The notes beneath the pieces were generated by a model, which saw only the letters and a program-made list of their open reading frames with translations, was not told the DNA's origin and did no database searches. Of a stretch of DNA of 46,078 nucleotides, positions 10,150-22,592 are shown piece after piece (the first letter of the stretch is position 1; each line of letters opens with the position of its first letter). Source of the DNA: an uncultured Lachnospiraceae bacterium (lineage in GTDB: Bacteria; Bacillota; Clostridia; Lachnospirales; Lachnospiraceae); contig CALWGN010000323.1 of assembly GCA_944380055.1 (NCBI GenBank), positions 1 to 46,078 on the forward strand. Reading direction: 5' to 3'. The position numbers and the translations under genes are program-made.

Positions 10150-10632
10150 ATGAAAAACATAAAAGATATAATAGAGGAATATTATTTAGAATTATCATTG
10201 CTTACAGTCTTTGCAAGAACAGAACATAACATTCATCGAAAGGAGTATGAAACAATTAAACTTCATAATTTAACACCAATGCAATTTGGAGTATTAGAAG
10301 CCCTTTATATGAAAGGAAGCCTTACCATTGGTCAGCTTATGGAAAAAAATTTATCTACATCAGGAAATATGACAGTTGTTATTCGAAACTTAGAGCGAGA
10401 TAGGTTAATTAAAAAAACAGTAAGCTTAGAGGACAAACGAGTAACACTTATTTCATTAACAGAAGATGGAAAGAATCAAATTGAAAAGATATTGCCAAAG
10501 CATTATGAAAATGTATATACAATCTTTTCAGAATTAACAACAGATGAAAAGCAATTATTTAAAGAAATTCTAAAAAAAGTATCATACTCTATACAAGACA
10601 ATAATGTAAAAAATAAATATGTCACAAAATAA
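10150..10632 (+). CDS. MarR-family transcriptional regulator (MhqR-like)
   Basis: LTPMQFGVLEALY, STSGNMTVVIRNLE and EDKRVTLISLT wHTH motifs; precedes an azoreductase. Confidence 0.9.
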   Translation: MKNIKDIIEEYYLELSLLTVFARTEHNIHRKEYETIKLHNLTPMQFGVLEALYMKGSLTIGQLMEKNLSTSGNMTVVIRNLERDRLIKKTVSLEDKRVTLISLTEDGKNQIEKILPKHYENVYTIFSELTTDEKQLFKEILKKVSYSIQDNNVKNKYVTK

Positions 10633-10717
10633 ATCATAAATGATTTACCTGCAATTTTGTGTCTGTGCATTGTTTACCACAAGATTGCTTCTAAAAAAAG
10701 TAGAAAAGAGGAATATT

Positions 10718-11314
10718 ATGAGTAAAGTATTATATATTAAAGCAAATATAAAACCAGAAGGAGCATCACGCTCTTATGAAATTTCAGATGCCTTTATTTG
10801 TGAGTATCAAAAACAACATCCAGAAGATGAAATTGTAACATTAGATTTATATAAAGAAGATATTGACTTTTTAAGAGCAGAAGATTTAGGTGTTTTATTT
10901 GGACCTAAGACAGAGGAAAGTAAAAATCATCCACATTTAAAATATGCATATCAATTTGTAGAAGCTGACAAATATGTAGTATCAGCACCAATGTGGAATT
11001 TAAGTATTCCAGCTATTTTAAAGGCATATATTGATTACGTTAGTGTAAGTGGTATTACATTTAAGTATACAGAAAGTGGTCCAGTAGGACTTTGTGAAGG
11101 AAAGAAAGCATTATATGTAGTATCTCGTGGTGGAGCATATGAAAATGCACAATTTGAAATGGGAGAACGTTATTTGAGAACAATTTTTGGTTTCTTTGGA
11201 ATTACAGATATGGAAACAATTTCAGCTGAAAATGTAGATGGAAATCCAGAAAAAGCAGGAGAAATCGTAGAAGAAGCAAAGAAAAAGGCACAAGCGTTAG
11301 CAACTACTTTTTAA
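10718..11314 (+). CDS. azoR: FMN-dependent NADH-azoreductase (AzoR/AcpD)
   Basis: MSKVLYIKA, PMWNLSIPAILKAYID, FKYTESGPVGL and SRGG. ATG 10718 follows a GAGGA RBS; the ORF-track start at 10640 is likely too early. Confidence 0.9.
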   Translation: MSKVLYIKANIKPEGASRSYEISDAFICEYQKQHPEDEIVTLDLYKEDIDFLRAEDLGVLFGPKTEESKNHPHLKYAYQFVEADKYVVSAPMWNLSIPAILKAYIDYVSVSGITFKYTESGPVGLCEGKKALYVVSRGGAYENAQFEMGERYLRTIFGFFGITDMETISAENVDGNPEKAGEIVEEAKKKAQALATTF

Positions 11315-11501
11315 CTTTATCAAGGGAGTTTCCTCATTTTAATACTATATAGTTATGAGTAGCAGCATAACTTTCTTGTTTTTGAGTGGATATAAGCCTC
11401 CAATAAAAAGTTGTCACAGCAGATATAGGCTTTAGTAAGTAGCAAAGCAGATTGGTAATATTTGCTTGGCTGATTTATAAAAAAGAAGATAGGATAAAAT
11501 T

Positions 11502-12362
11502 ATGATAGAGATTATTGAATTTACAGATCCTGTTTGTACTTGGTGTTGGGGAAGTGAACCAATTCTTAGAAAGATAGAAACAAAATATAAAGGTCTGGTA
11601 AAAATAGGATTTATTATGGGTGGTCTTGTAGAAAATATGGAAGACTTTCGTGATGAAGGAAATGGAATTGGTGGAGAAATTTCCGAAGTAAATAAGCAGA
11701 TTGCAGATCATTGGATGGAAGCTTCTAGGCGTCATGGCATGCCAGTAAAAACCGAAGGATTTTCCTTTTTTACAAAAGATCATGTATCTACATATCCAAC
11801 GAATATTGCTTATAAAGCTGCTCAATTTCAGGGCGAAGAAATTGCAAACAGATATTTAAGAAGAATTCGAGAAGCAGTAGCAGCAGAGGCAAAACAGGCA
11901 AATCAAATAGAAGTGTTACAGCAACTTGCAAAAGAGGTAGGGCTTGATGAAGAGAAGTGGCTAGAGTATATGAATAACGGATTGGCAAAGTTAGAATTTG
12001 AAAAAGATTTACAGTTATGTAGACAATTTCAGATTTATGCATTCCCATCATACCTTGTACGAAATGAGGAAGGAAAAGGAATGTTACTTCGTGGATTCCA
12101 AACATATGAAACATTTTTGCAAGCAATAAAACAACTTAGTCATACAGAAATAAAGGAACAGCAACAATTTTCTAAAGAGTCTATAAGAAAAAATATAGAA
12201 ACTTTAATAGAGGAATATGAAACTATCACACTTATGGAGTTAGCTACTATTTTGGATTGTTCAAAAGAAGAAGTAGAGCCTATAATAAAAGAGTTATTGG
12301 CAGAGGGACTTATTGAGAAAAAAGATGCTGGAAATGGATACCTATTAAAATATAAAAAATAA
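11502..12362 (+). CDS. DsbA-like thioredoxin-fold protein (YjbH/SpxH-like)
   Basis: FTDPVCTWCW CxxC motif, cis-Pro AFPS and a C-terminal HTH-like segment. Confidence 0.8.
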   Translation: MIEIIEFTDPVCTWCWGSEPILRKIETKYKGLVKIGFIMGGLVENMEDFRDEGNGIGGEISEVNKQIADHWMEASRRHGMPVKTEGFSFFTKDHVSTYPTNIAYKAAQFQGEEIANRYLRRIREAVAAEAKQANQIEVLQQLAKEVGLDEEKWLEYMNNGLAKLEFEKDLQLCRQFQIYAFPSYLVRNEEGKGMLLRGFQTYETFLQAIKQLSHTEIKEQQQFSKESIRKNIETLIEEYETITLMELATILDCSKEEVEPIIKELLAEGLIEKKDAGNGYLLKYKK

Positions 12363-12371
12363 TATGAATGT

Positions 12372-12406
12372 AAAAAGGTTATTGTCATAGCACAATAGCC
12401 TTTTTT
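12372..12406 (+). terminator. Intrinsic terminator
   Basis: AAAAAGGTTATTGT-CATAGC-ACAATAGCCTTTTTT. Confidence 0.75.
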
Positions 12407-12502
12407 GTGGTATGTATATAAGTGTGACTGGTAATTAATATTGGCATAGATGATAGTTAGTAAAAAAATATATAAAAAGAAATATGTGAAAGGGTATCAA
12501 AA

Positions 12503-13120
12503 ATGGATGAACGAATCAAAAAGACAATGAAAGCATTAAGAGATAATAATATAGGCGGATATTATGCAGAAGATAAAAATAAATTGTTAGAATTAATATC
12601 AGAATTCATAAAAGTAGGCTCTATTATTGGTAGCGGTGATTCGGTTACGTTAGAGCAAACGGGTGTATTTGAATATTTACGAAAAGCGGATTATGTATTT
12701 TTAGATAAGCATAAAAAAGGGTTAAGCAGTGAAGAGAAAAGAGAAATATATTTAAAAAATTTTAGTGCAGATACATTTATTACAGGTACAAATGCTATTA
12801 CAATGAATGGAGAGTTATTTAATATTGATGGAAATGGTAGTCGTGTAGCTCCAATGATTTATGGACCAAAGCAAGTTATTGTTGTTGTTGGAAAAAATAA
12901 AATAACAAAAGATGTTAAAGAGGCAATTTATCGAACACGACAAATTGCTGCACCACTAGATGCAAAAAGGCTGCACAAAAATACTCCTTGTGTTAAGCTT
13001 GGTTACTGTATAGATTGTAAGAACTTAGATAGAATATGTAATGATTTTGTATTAATTTCAAGGCAATTTATTAAAAATAGAATAAAAGTGATTATTGTAG
13101 ATGAAGTATTGGGTTATTAA
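12503..13120 (+). CDS. LutC/YkgG (LUD-domain) protein
   Basis: GSGDSVTL, TGTNAITMNGELFNIDGNGSRVA, GKNKI and TPCVKLGYCIDC. Confidence 0.85.
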   Translation: MDERIKKTMKALRDNNIGGYYAEDKNKLLELISEFIKVGSIIGSGDSVTLEQTGVFEYLRKADYVFLDKHKKGLSSEEKREIYLKNFSADTFITGTNAITMNGELFNIDGNGSRVAPMIYGPKQVIVVVGKNKITKDVKEAIYRTRQIAAPLDAKRLHKNTPCVKLGYCIDCKNLDRICNDFVLISRQFIKNRIKVIIVDEVLGY

Positions 13121-13431
13121 AACTATCGTTTGCTTAAATTTAGCTACAAGATTATTTTTAAATAATACAATGCGAAAAATTTTATAGCATATTTTTAAGA
13201 ATAAGAATGAAGTAAATCATGCTTTCTGAACATAACCAAGAACCAAAGGTTCTTATAATATAAGTGAAAAACATTTATTATATATCATGTAATGATGGCT
13301 TTCTCTTTGTTACTTTTTAATAAAAGGGTTAGAAGAGGAGGAAGAGTAAGTACAAGAAATATTTTATTTATTTATAATCTATAAAAATATGATTATATAA
13401 TAGTAAAAAGTGCTGAAAGTGTAAAAAGTAA

Positions 13432-13460
13432 TAGACAAAATGGACAATAACTGATATAGT
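13432..13460 (+). promoter_or_regulatory. Sigma-A promoter of the beta-glucoside operon
   Basis: TAGACA, 17 bp, TG-n-TATAGT extended -10, immediately before RAT1. Confidence 0.65.
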
Positions 13461-13473
13461 AAATGTATAAAAA

Positions 13474-13543
13474 AGTTTGTTATTACGTAAAGGTAAGCAA
13501 GACTGGTTATAATGCTGTATGTAGTGTTATAAGCAGTTTTTTT
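13474..13543 (+). promoter_or_regulatory. RAT antiterminator site 1 overlapping an intrinsic terminator
   Basis: AGTTTGTTATTACGTAAAGGTAAGCAAGACT resembles the BglG/LicT RAT. It overlaps the hairpin ACTGGTTATAATGCT...AGTGTTATAAGCAGT followed by a T-run. Confidence 0.8.
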
Positions 13544-13645
13544 GTTTTTTAGGATAAATAAAAGATATACTAATAAATATCATTTATTGTGTATGCCTTT
13601 TGCACATATGGAAAATAAATATTGATAGATGAGGAGGTGATTGTA

Positions 13646-14491
13646 TTGAAAATTTTTAGAGTTCTGAATACAAATGCAGTGGTATCAGTAGATAGTAAAA
13701 ATAGAGAGGTAATTATCACAGGAGCGGGAATTGGATTTAAAAAGAAAAAAGGTGATGAGCTAGATGAGACACTTATTGATAAAACCTATTGTTTACAGAA
13801 CAGGGAGGATAGCCATAGATTTCAAGAGGTTGTATGTAATATATCAGAGAAATACCTTGAAATAACAAGAAAAATAGTTGATGAAGCAAGAGAAAAGGAA
13901 CATTTAAAAGTAAAAGATACTCTATATATTACATTGTCCGATCATATTAATTCAGCAGTAGATAGATATGAAGCTGGTATTACCTTAAAAAATATGATGA
14001 AAACTGATATACGAAAGTTTTATCGGAAGGAATTTTCAGTAGGCAAAAAAGCAATTCAATGGATTTTAGAAGAGACAGGTATTGACCTAGGAGAAGATGA
14101 GGCAGCTTTCATTGCTATGCACATAGTAGCCTCTGAGTTAGATAATAGTGAGGTTTCTGATGTTGGAAAAATAGCAGAGTTAATTACTTCCATTGTTCAG
14201 ATTGTAAGAATACATTTTAAAATAGATTTTAATGAAGATAGTATTGCCTATCAACGATTTATCACACATTTAAAGTTCTTTTCTGCACGAATTTTTGATA
14301 ATACAATGTACGAAGATAGTATGCAGGAAATTTATTCTGTTATGGTAAAGCAAAATGAGTATGCATTTACAGGAGTTAAGAAGATTTATCAATTTATTAA
14401 AAAGCAATACAATTATATATTAAGTATTGATGAACAACTATATTTGCTCATTCATATCAAACGAATTTTAGATGAGCAAGAGAAAAATTAA
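13646..14491 (+). CDS. licT: BglG/LicT-family transcriptional antiterminator (CAT-PRD-PRD)
   Basis: CAT domain (RVLNTNAVV, GAGIGFKKKKG) and PRD histidines (LSDHI, IAMHI, FITHLKF, LLIHI). TTG 13646 follows GAGGAGG. Confidence 0.92.
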   Translation: MKIFRVLNTNAVVSVDSKNREVIITGAGIGFKKKKGDELDETLIDKTYCLQNREDSHRFQEVVCNISEKYLEITRKIVDEAREKEHLKVKDTLYITLSDHINSAVDRYEAGITLKNMMKTDIRKFYRKEFSVGKKAIQWILEETGIDLGEDEAAFIAMHIVASELDNSEVSDVGKIAELITSIVQIVRIHFKIDFNEDSIAYQRFITHLKFFSARIFDNTMYEDSMQEIYSVMVKQNEYAFTGVKKIYQFIKKQYNYILSIDEQLYLLIHIKRILDEQEKN

Positions 14492-14502
14492 ATAAAACAT
14501 AA

Positions 14503-14580
14503 AGTTTGTTATTATTCAGTTAAGCAAGACTTGGTTATGAAAGGGTATGTATTTATACCCGTTTATAGTCGAGTCTTTTT
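14503..14580 (+). promoter_or_regulatory. RAT antiterminator site 2 overlapping an intrinsic terminator
   Basis: AGTTTGTTATTATTCAGTTAAGCAAGACT, a near-copy of RAT1, overlaps the hairpin AGACTTGGTTATGAA...TTTATAGTCGAGTCTTTTT. Confidence 0.8.
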
Positions 14581-14615
14581 ATTTTATATAAAAAAATTTA
14601 TGTGAGGTGAAAGTT

Positions 14616-17991
<3,376 letters not shown>

Positions 17992-18022
17992 GTATGTGAT
18001 AAAAATAAAATAAACATAGATA

Positions 18023-18059
18023 AAAGACTCATTGCGAATAAAAAGCGTAATGAGTCTTT
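18023..18059 (+). terminator. Intrinsic terminator of the bgl operon
   Basis: AAAGACTCATTGCG...CGTAATGAGTCTTT. Confidence 0.8.
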
Positions 18060-18186
18060 CCTATTTCAGCAGTATTTTTCATTTATAGATCAAGCGATTT
18101 TTGTAAGAATATATTCATTGTAAAGAAAGTGAAAGAAAGTTATAATAATACTAGGTCTATAAAAAGTAAAATAGGAGAAGCTTATT

Positions 18187-18633
18187 ATGGAAAATTTCAA
18201 ATATTACATTGCCTATGGAAGTAATTTAAATATTACTCAAATGAAAGAAAGATGCCCAAATTCTATTATTTTTGGAAAAGGACAACTACTAGATTATCAA
18301 TTGGTATTTAAGGCAATTGGGAAATATGCATATGCTACCATAGAGCCATTCAAAGGAAATTATGTGCCTATTGGAGTTTGGAAGGTAAGTAAACAGGATG
18401 AGAGAAGTTTAGATGAATATGAGGATTATCCAAACCTTTATTACAAAACAAATATAACTGTAGAAATTGATGGAGTAAGACTTTGTGGTATGATATATAT
18501 TATGAATGAAAATGCAGTGTATCAATTACCTTCCAAGGATTACTTTCAAGGGATAGTAGAAGGATATGATAATTTGAAATTAGAAAAAGAAAAATTATAT
18601 GAAGCATATGAAAGAAGCTTAGAAAGGAGGTAG
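18187..18633 (+). CDS. Gamma-glutamylcyclotransferase family protein
   Basis: YIAYGSNL, RCP, ATI and LDEYEDYPNLY. Confidence 0.85.
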   Translation: MENFKYYIAYGSNLNITQMKERCPNSIIFGKGQLLDYQLVFKAIGKYAYATIEPFKGNYVPIGVWKVSKQDERSLDEYEDYPNLYYKTNITVEIDGVRLCGMIYIMNENAVYQLPSKDYFQGIVEGYDNLKLEKEKLYEAYERSLERR

Positions 18634-18635
18634 CG

Positions 18636-19739
18636 ATGAAAACATTTATACATATATTAATTGCTCTTATATTTATGTTGCCAGTTGGAACATATATGTA
18701 CTATTTTATTGAAAGAATTACTAAATTCTTTGGAAATATGTCAAAGGTAACAAGAAAGAAAATCGTATGGATTGGAACAATCATTGTTCTATTACCTGCT
18801 ATTCATATTGGAAACATTTGGACTATTATATTAATACATATTGTAGGAATAGGGCTATGCTGTGATATTATCCAAATGATTGTGAAAGTTGTAAAGTGGA
18901 ACAATAAAATGTGGGAAAACATATATACAATTGGAATCATTCCAATTGTAGCTACAATATTAATCATAGCATATGGATTTTTTAATGTGCAAAATATAGT
19001 AGAAACCCATTATACAGTGGAAACAGAAAAAGAAATAAGACAAGAAGGATATAAAGTTGCCTTTCTATCAGATTTGCATTTTGGAACTACAATGGATATA
19101 GAAACGCTAGAGCGTACAGTAGAAAAAATCAATGAAGCAAATGCAGATATTGTTGTGTTAGGCGGGGATATTTTTGATGAAAACACAACCAAACAGGAGA
19201 TGGAGGAAGCAATAGAAGTGCTTTCCACTCTAAATAATAAAGAAGGCATTTTTTATGTTTACGGAAATCATGATATTAATGAGTATGTATCAAAGCCAAA
19301 TTATAGTGTAAATGAGCTAGAAAATAATTTAGTACAAGCTGGAATTAATGTATTAAACGATGAAACTCATTTAATTAACAATGAGTTTCTTATTGTTGGA
19401 AGAAAGGATAACTCCTTTGGCAATCGATTAAGCTCTAGTCAGTTACTAGAAAATGAAAATAACAATAATTTTTTATTAGTAATAGACCACCAACCATTAG
19501 ATGTAACAGAAAATAGTCAAAACGGATATGACCTTCAGTTATCAGGACATACTCATAATGGTCAGATTTTCCCACTAGGAATTATAATGGACGTATTAGG
19601 AATTTATGAATTAAACTATGGACAAAAGCAAATTGGTACATTCACAGGGATTGTTAGTTCTGGAATAGGAGGCTGGGGTTATCCTATTAGAACTCAGTCT
19701 AATTGTGAATATGTAATTGTGGATATTGTAGGGAGATAG
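18636..19739 (+). CDS. Membrane metallophosphoesterase (YkuE-like)
   Basis: N-terminal TM helices; DLH, GGD, GNHD, HQP and GHTHNGQ motifs. Confidence 0.9.
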   Translation: MKTFIHILIALIFMLPVGTYMYYFIERITKFFGNMSKVTRKKIVWIGTIIVLLPAIHIGNIWTIILIHIVGIGLCCDIIQMIVKVVKWNNKMWENIYTIGIIPIVATILIIAYGFFNVQNIVETHYTVETEKEIRQEGYKVAFLSDLHFGTTMDIETLERTVEKINEANADIVVLGGDIFDENTTKQEMEEAIEVLSTLNNKEGIFYVYGNHDINEYVSKPNYSVNELENNLVQAGINVLNDETHLINNEFLIVGRKDNSFGNRLSSSQLLENENNNNFLLVIDHQPLDVTENSQNGYDLQLSGHTHNGQIFPLGIIMDVLGIYELNYGQKQIGTFTGIVSSGIGGWGYPIRTQSNCEYVIVDIVGR

Positions 19740-19860
19740 GGAAAACGCTATCATCATTTATGATAATGCAGATTCTTTATACATATAGCTACTTATAATA
19801 ATAGTAAAGAGATATAAGAATAGTAAGTGTAAATGAATAAAATATTTAAAATAATATTAG

Positions 19861-19910
19861 AAAAAGGCAAAGAAAACTTTTTTATCGAAAGTATTGTTTG
19901 CCTTTTATTT
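19861..19910 (+). terminator. Probable terminator after the metallophosphoesterase
   Basis: AAAAGGCAAA...TTTGCCTTTTATTTT. Confidence 0.65.
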
Positions 19911-20115
19911 TATATTATACAGAAATATAACTTTAGAAATATTTTTTATGTAAATAATATTGATGCTAAAAACTGTTAAATACATGAAAGGATAAAATGT
20001 ATTTATATTTATAATATTCTAACAAAAAAGAAGTACAAATAATCCAAAGTAATAGTTTATTTCTTGTATTCATGTAATTTTATAAAAGAAATTATAAAAT
20101 TCGTACAAATTGTAC

Positions 20116-20145
20116 TTGACAATATAGTCGTATTAAAATTATTAT
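20116..20145 (+). promoter_or_regulatory. Candidate sigma-A promoter about 390 bp upstream of cmr4a
   Basis: TTGACA (20116-20121), 18 bp, TATTAT (20140-20145). Confidence 0.5.
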
Positions 20146-20149
20146 AAAG

Positions 20150-20385
20150 ATATATATTTTTATAAGCATATTTAAGAAGTAACTAGTAGTTTTTTATAGT
20201 ATAGACTAAGATTTAAGAATAGTAATGTAAGTATTACTAATGGATTATTGTTTGCTATTTACACTCCTTACAAATGATTTATATGTTTATGCACCAACGA
20301 CTAATACCACTTAAAATAAAGGAAAAATAGAAAACAAAATATGAAAGTCCCTTACTAGTTAATTTTATCTAGTAGGGGGCTTTTT
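20150..20385 (+). ncRNA. Candidate small RNA or attenuated leader upstream of the Cmr operon
   Basis: Bounded by the candidate promoter and a strong terminator. The only ORF noticed is 24 codons without an RBS. Inference only. Confidence 0.35.
20344..20385 (+). terminator. Strong intrinsic terminator in front of cmr4a
   Basis: 15-bp stem AAAGTCCCTTACTAG / CTAGTAGGGGGCTTT with two G-U pairs and a 10-nt loop, followed by TTGTCTTTT. Confidence 0.85.
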
Positions 20386-20531
20386 GTCTTTTAGTAACAT
20401 TCACATCAATGTTAAAGAAAATTTTATAGTTGAACACTAAAAATACAAATAGTTATACATGAAATATGTTAGCTGTTACATTTTATAAAAATAAATTTAA
20501 GAATAATACAAATAGAAAAGGAGAAGAACAT

Positions 20532-21521
20532 ATGGGAACAATAGAAAAAGGAGCAATTTTGTTATACCGCAATGAAACACCATTGCATGTAGGATCAGGA
20601 AGTGAAATGGGGATTATTGATTTGCCAATTCAACGAGAAAAACATACAGGATTTCCAAAGATGGAGGGTTCTGGAATAAAGGGAACGTTTAAGGACTATT
20701 TTAGTAGCAATTTACCAGAGGAAATATTAAATGAAATATTGCAAGAAAGCTTAGAAGAAAATGGAGACAAGCTAGTAGATAAATTATTTGGAAAAGAAGA
20801 AATGAAAGCAAATGATGAGGGGGATGAAAATGTTTCATCACAAGCAGGTGGATTAATATTTACAGATGCAAAGTTATTATTATTTCCAGTAAAATCAAAG
20901 GGTTCAGTTTTTCGTTGGATTACTTGTCCATATGCATTACAACGTTTTGCAAGAGAGTTAAAGAGAGTGGGAAAAAGTAATGAAAGCAACGAAATTGAGG
21001 ATTTGCTGAAGGAATATAACGATAATAAATTAGATAATGAATGTATGTATATTGTTAATCAAAAAAAAGAAAATATTAACGAGAATAATAATAATAGAAA
21101 AATAACTTTAGAAGAAATAGTACTTGAAGTAAAGATCGAAAGTTATGAAAAAATTATAAAAACTTTAAATTTTATTAAGAGAGTAATGGAAGGAACTTAT
21201 TTAAAAGAAAAATTAAATAATAATATTGTTATAGTAAGCGATGAAATTTTTGGATATTTTACGGAAATGAGTACACAAGTAGATACAAGAATTCGCATTG
21301 GAGAAGATGGAGTAGTAAAAAAAGGTGGCTTATTTACAGAAGAGTCCCTTCCAGAGGAATGTATTTTATATAGTGTTGTAGAAGAATGGAAAGATAGCTC
21401 ATTAAATGGTTTTAAAAAAGGATTTAGTTTTAAGGGTGGATCAGAGGAAAGTATTTGGTTACAATTTGGTGGTAGCAAAACAGTTGGAAAAGGACTTACA
21501 CAAGTAAGTATTATAGAGTAA
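20532..21521 (+). CDS. cmr4: Type III-B RAMP Cmr4 (Cas7), copy a
   Basis: TPLHVGSG, IDLPIQREKHTGFP with the catalytic-position Asp, GSGIKG, DAKLLLFPV, GGLFTEESLP and G-loop LQFGGSKTVGKG. ATG 20532 follows AAGGAG. Confidence 0.93.
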   Translation: MGTIEKGAILLYRNETPLHVGSGSEMGIIDLPIQREKHTGFPKMEGSGIKGTFKDYFSSNLPEEILNEILQESLEENGDKLVDKLFGKEEMKANDEGDENVSSQAGGLIFTDAKLLLFPVKSKGSVFRWITCPYALQRFARELKRVGKSNESNEIEDLLKEYNDNKLDNECMYIVNQKKENINENNNNRKITLEEIVLEVKIESYEKIIKTLNFIKRVMEGTYLKEKLNNNIVIVSDEIFGYFTEMSTQVDTRIRIGEDGVVKKGGLFTEESLPEECILYSVVEEWKDSSLNGFKKGFSFKGGSEESIWLQFGGSKTVGKGLTQVSIIE

Positions 21522-21534
21522 AGAGGGGCTAATA

Positions 21535-22590
21535 GTGAGAATAGATAGAAAAAAACAAGAATATATACAAGATAATTTTACGGCAGAAATTGATGAGGCA
21601 TTGGTACAAAAGTTGCCAATGCTAATAAGGAAAGATGGTCTTGAGAAGACGTTACAATTCCTAAAAAAAGAAAGCCAAAATAACAAAAAAGAAGGTAAGG
21701 ATACAAAACAAAAAAATAAAGTAAGTTTATATGATTTTTTTTATGGTTATATTAAGGAGAATTATATAAATATTTTAAAGGAAGAAGAAAAGAGAACAGA
21801 AGAACGATCATATAAGGAAATAGTAAAAGAACAATCATATATGTATGTAACAAAAGAGATATATGATTTATCTGTGATATTAAAATCAACATATGGTAGA
21901 TTAAAATATGAAAGTAAAGAGGAGGAGTCTCAAGGAGAAGAATTAGAGAATAATTTAGATTTATCTATTAAGGAATATGATAAGAAGCAAAATTGGGAAA
22001 AGGAAAATACTTCAGATAAAGGAGTGTTGAGGTATCGTAATGCAAAAATTAAATCTAGTCAATTTTATAGTCAATTATATAAAAAATCTCTTAGCATTCC
22101 AGTCAAAACAATAGGCAGTATGGTAGTAGGATTAGGTGATGTATCTGTAGATGAAGTATCTATTACAAAACACCATCTTATGGATATTCCGTATATTCCT
22201 GCCACTTCTATAAAAGGAGTATTTAGACATTATTGTGAGGAAATAAAATTATGTGATAAAAAATTAGAGGATTGGTTTGGTTCAGAAAATAAACAAGGGA
22301 AACTTATTTTTACGGATAGTTATCCAAGTCAGTATACGTTAAAAACAGATGTTATGACACCACATTATACTACATACTATTTAGGAGGAGATTCAAAAAC
22401 AATAGTTGCTAACGCAATTCCAGTAACATTTCCAGTCATATGTGATGCTAAATTTAAAATTCAAATTTATACTGATTCAGAAAATGTTCTATTAGAAGAA
22501 GTAGAAAAAATGTTAAAAGAATGTATAGTATATAAAACGTTTGGTGCAAAAGGAGCAGTAGGATATGGAGAGCTAAGGGAGGATAAATAA
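21535..22590 (+). CDS. cmr6: Cmr5 (Cas11)-Cmr6 (Cas7) fusion protein
   Basis: N-terminal Cmr5-like motifs QKLPMLIRKDGLEKTLQFL and YMYVTKEIYDLSVILKS. C-terminal Cmr6 motifs MVVGLG, IPYIPATSIKG, FGS...GKLIFTDSYP, DVMTPHY and FGAKGAVGYG. One uninterrupted frame. Confidence 0.8.
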   Translation: MRIDRKKQEYIQDNFTAEIDEALVQKLPMLIRKDGLEKTLQFLKKESQNNKKEGKDTKQKNKVSLYDFFYGYIKENYINILKEEEKRTEERSYKEIVKEQSYMYVTKEIYDLSVILKSTYGRLKYESKEEESQGEELENNLDLSIKEYDKKQNWEKENTSDKGVLRYRNAKIKSSQFYSQLYKKSLSIPVKTIGSMVVGLGDVSVDEVSITKHHLMDIPYIPATSIKGVFRHYCEEIKLCDKKLEDWFGSENKQGKLIFTDSYPSQYTLKTDVMTPHYTTYYLGGDSKTIVANAIPVTFPVICDAKFKIQIYTDSENVLLEEVEKMLKECIVYKTFGAKGAVGYGELREDK

Positions 22591-22592
22591 GA

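Noticed and set aside
13130-13420. Possible IS end or small RNA between the LutC-like gene and the bgl promoter
   Set aside because: Only a short AAGAACC/GGTTCTT hairpin is present, with no terminal repeats, transposase remnant or promoter-terminator pair.
20259-20269. 11-nt perfect complement (TTACACTCCTT) to the gatB ribosome-binding site at 37420-37430
   Set aside because: Too short, and mostly the generic SD sequence, so a chance match is likely.
20240-20314. 24-codon ORF MDYCLLFTLLTNDLYVYAPTTNTT in the cmr leader
   Set aside because: No SD sequence and no recognisable features. Cannot be supported without ribosome profiling.
19740-20531. CRISPR array upstream of cmr4a; fragments ATACCACTTA (about 20304) and GTTGAACACTAA (20429) recall clostridial repeat ends
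   Set aside because: No 25-40 bp unit recurs at regular spacing. The matches are only 10-12 nt in very AT-rich DNA.
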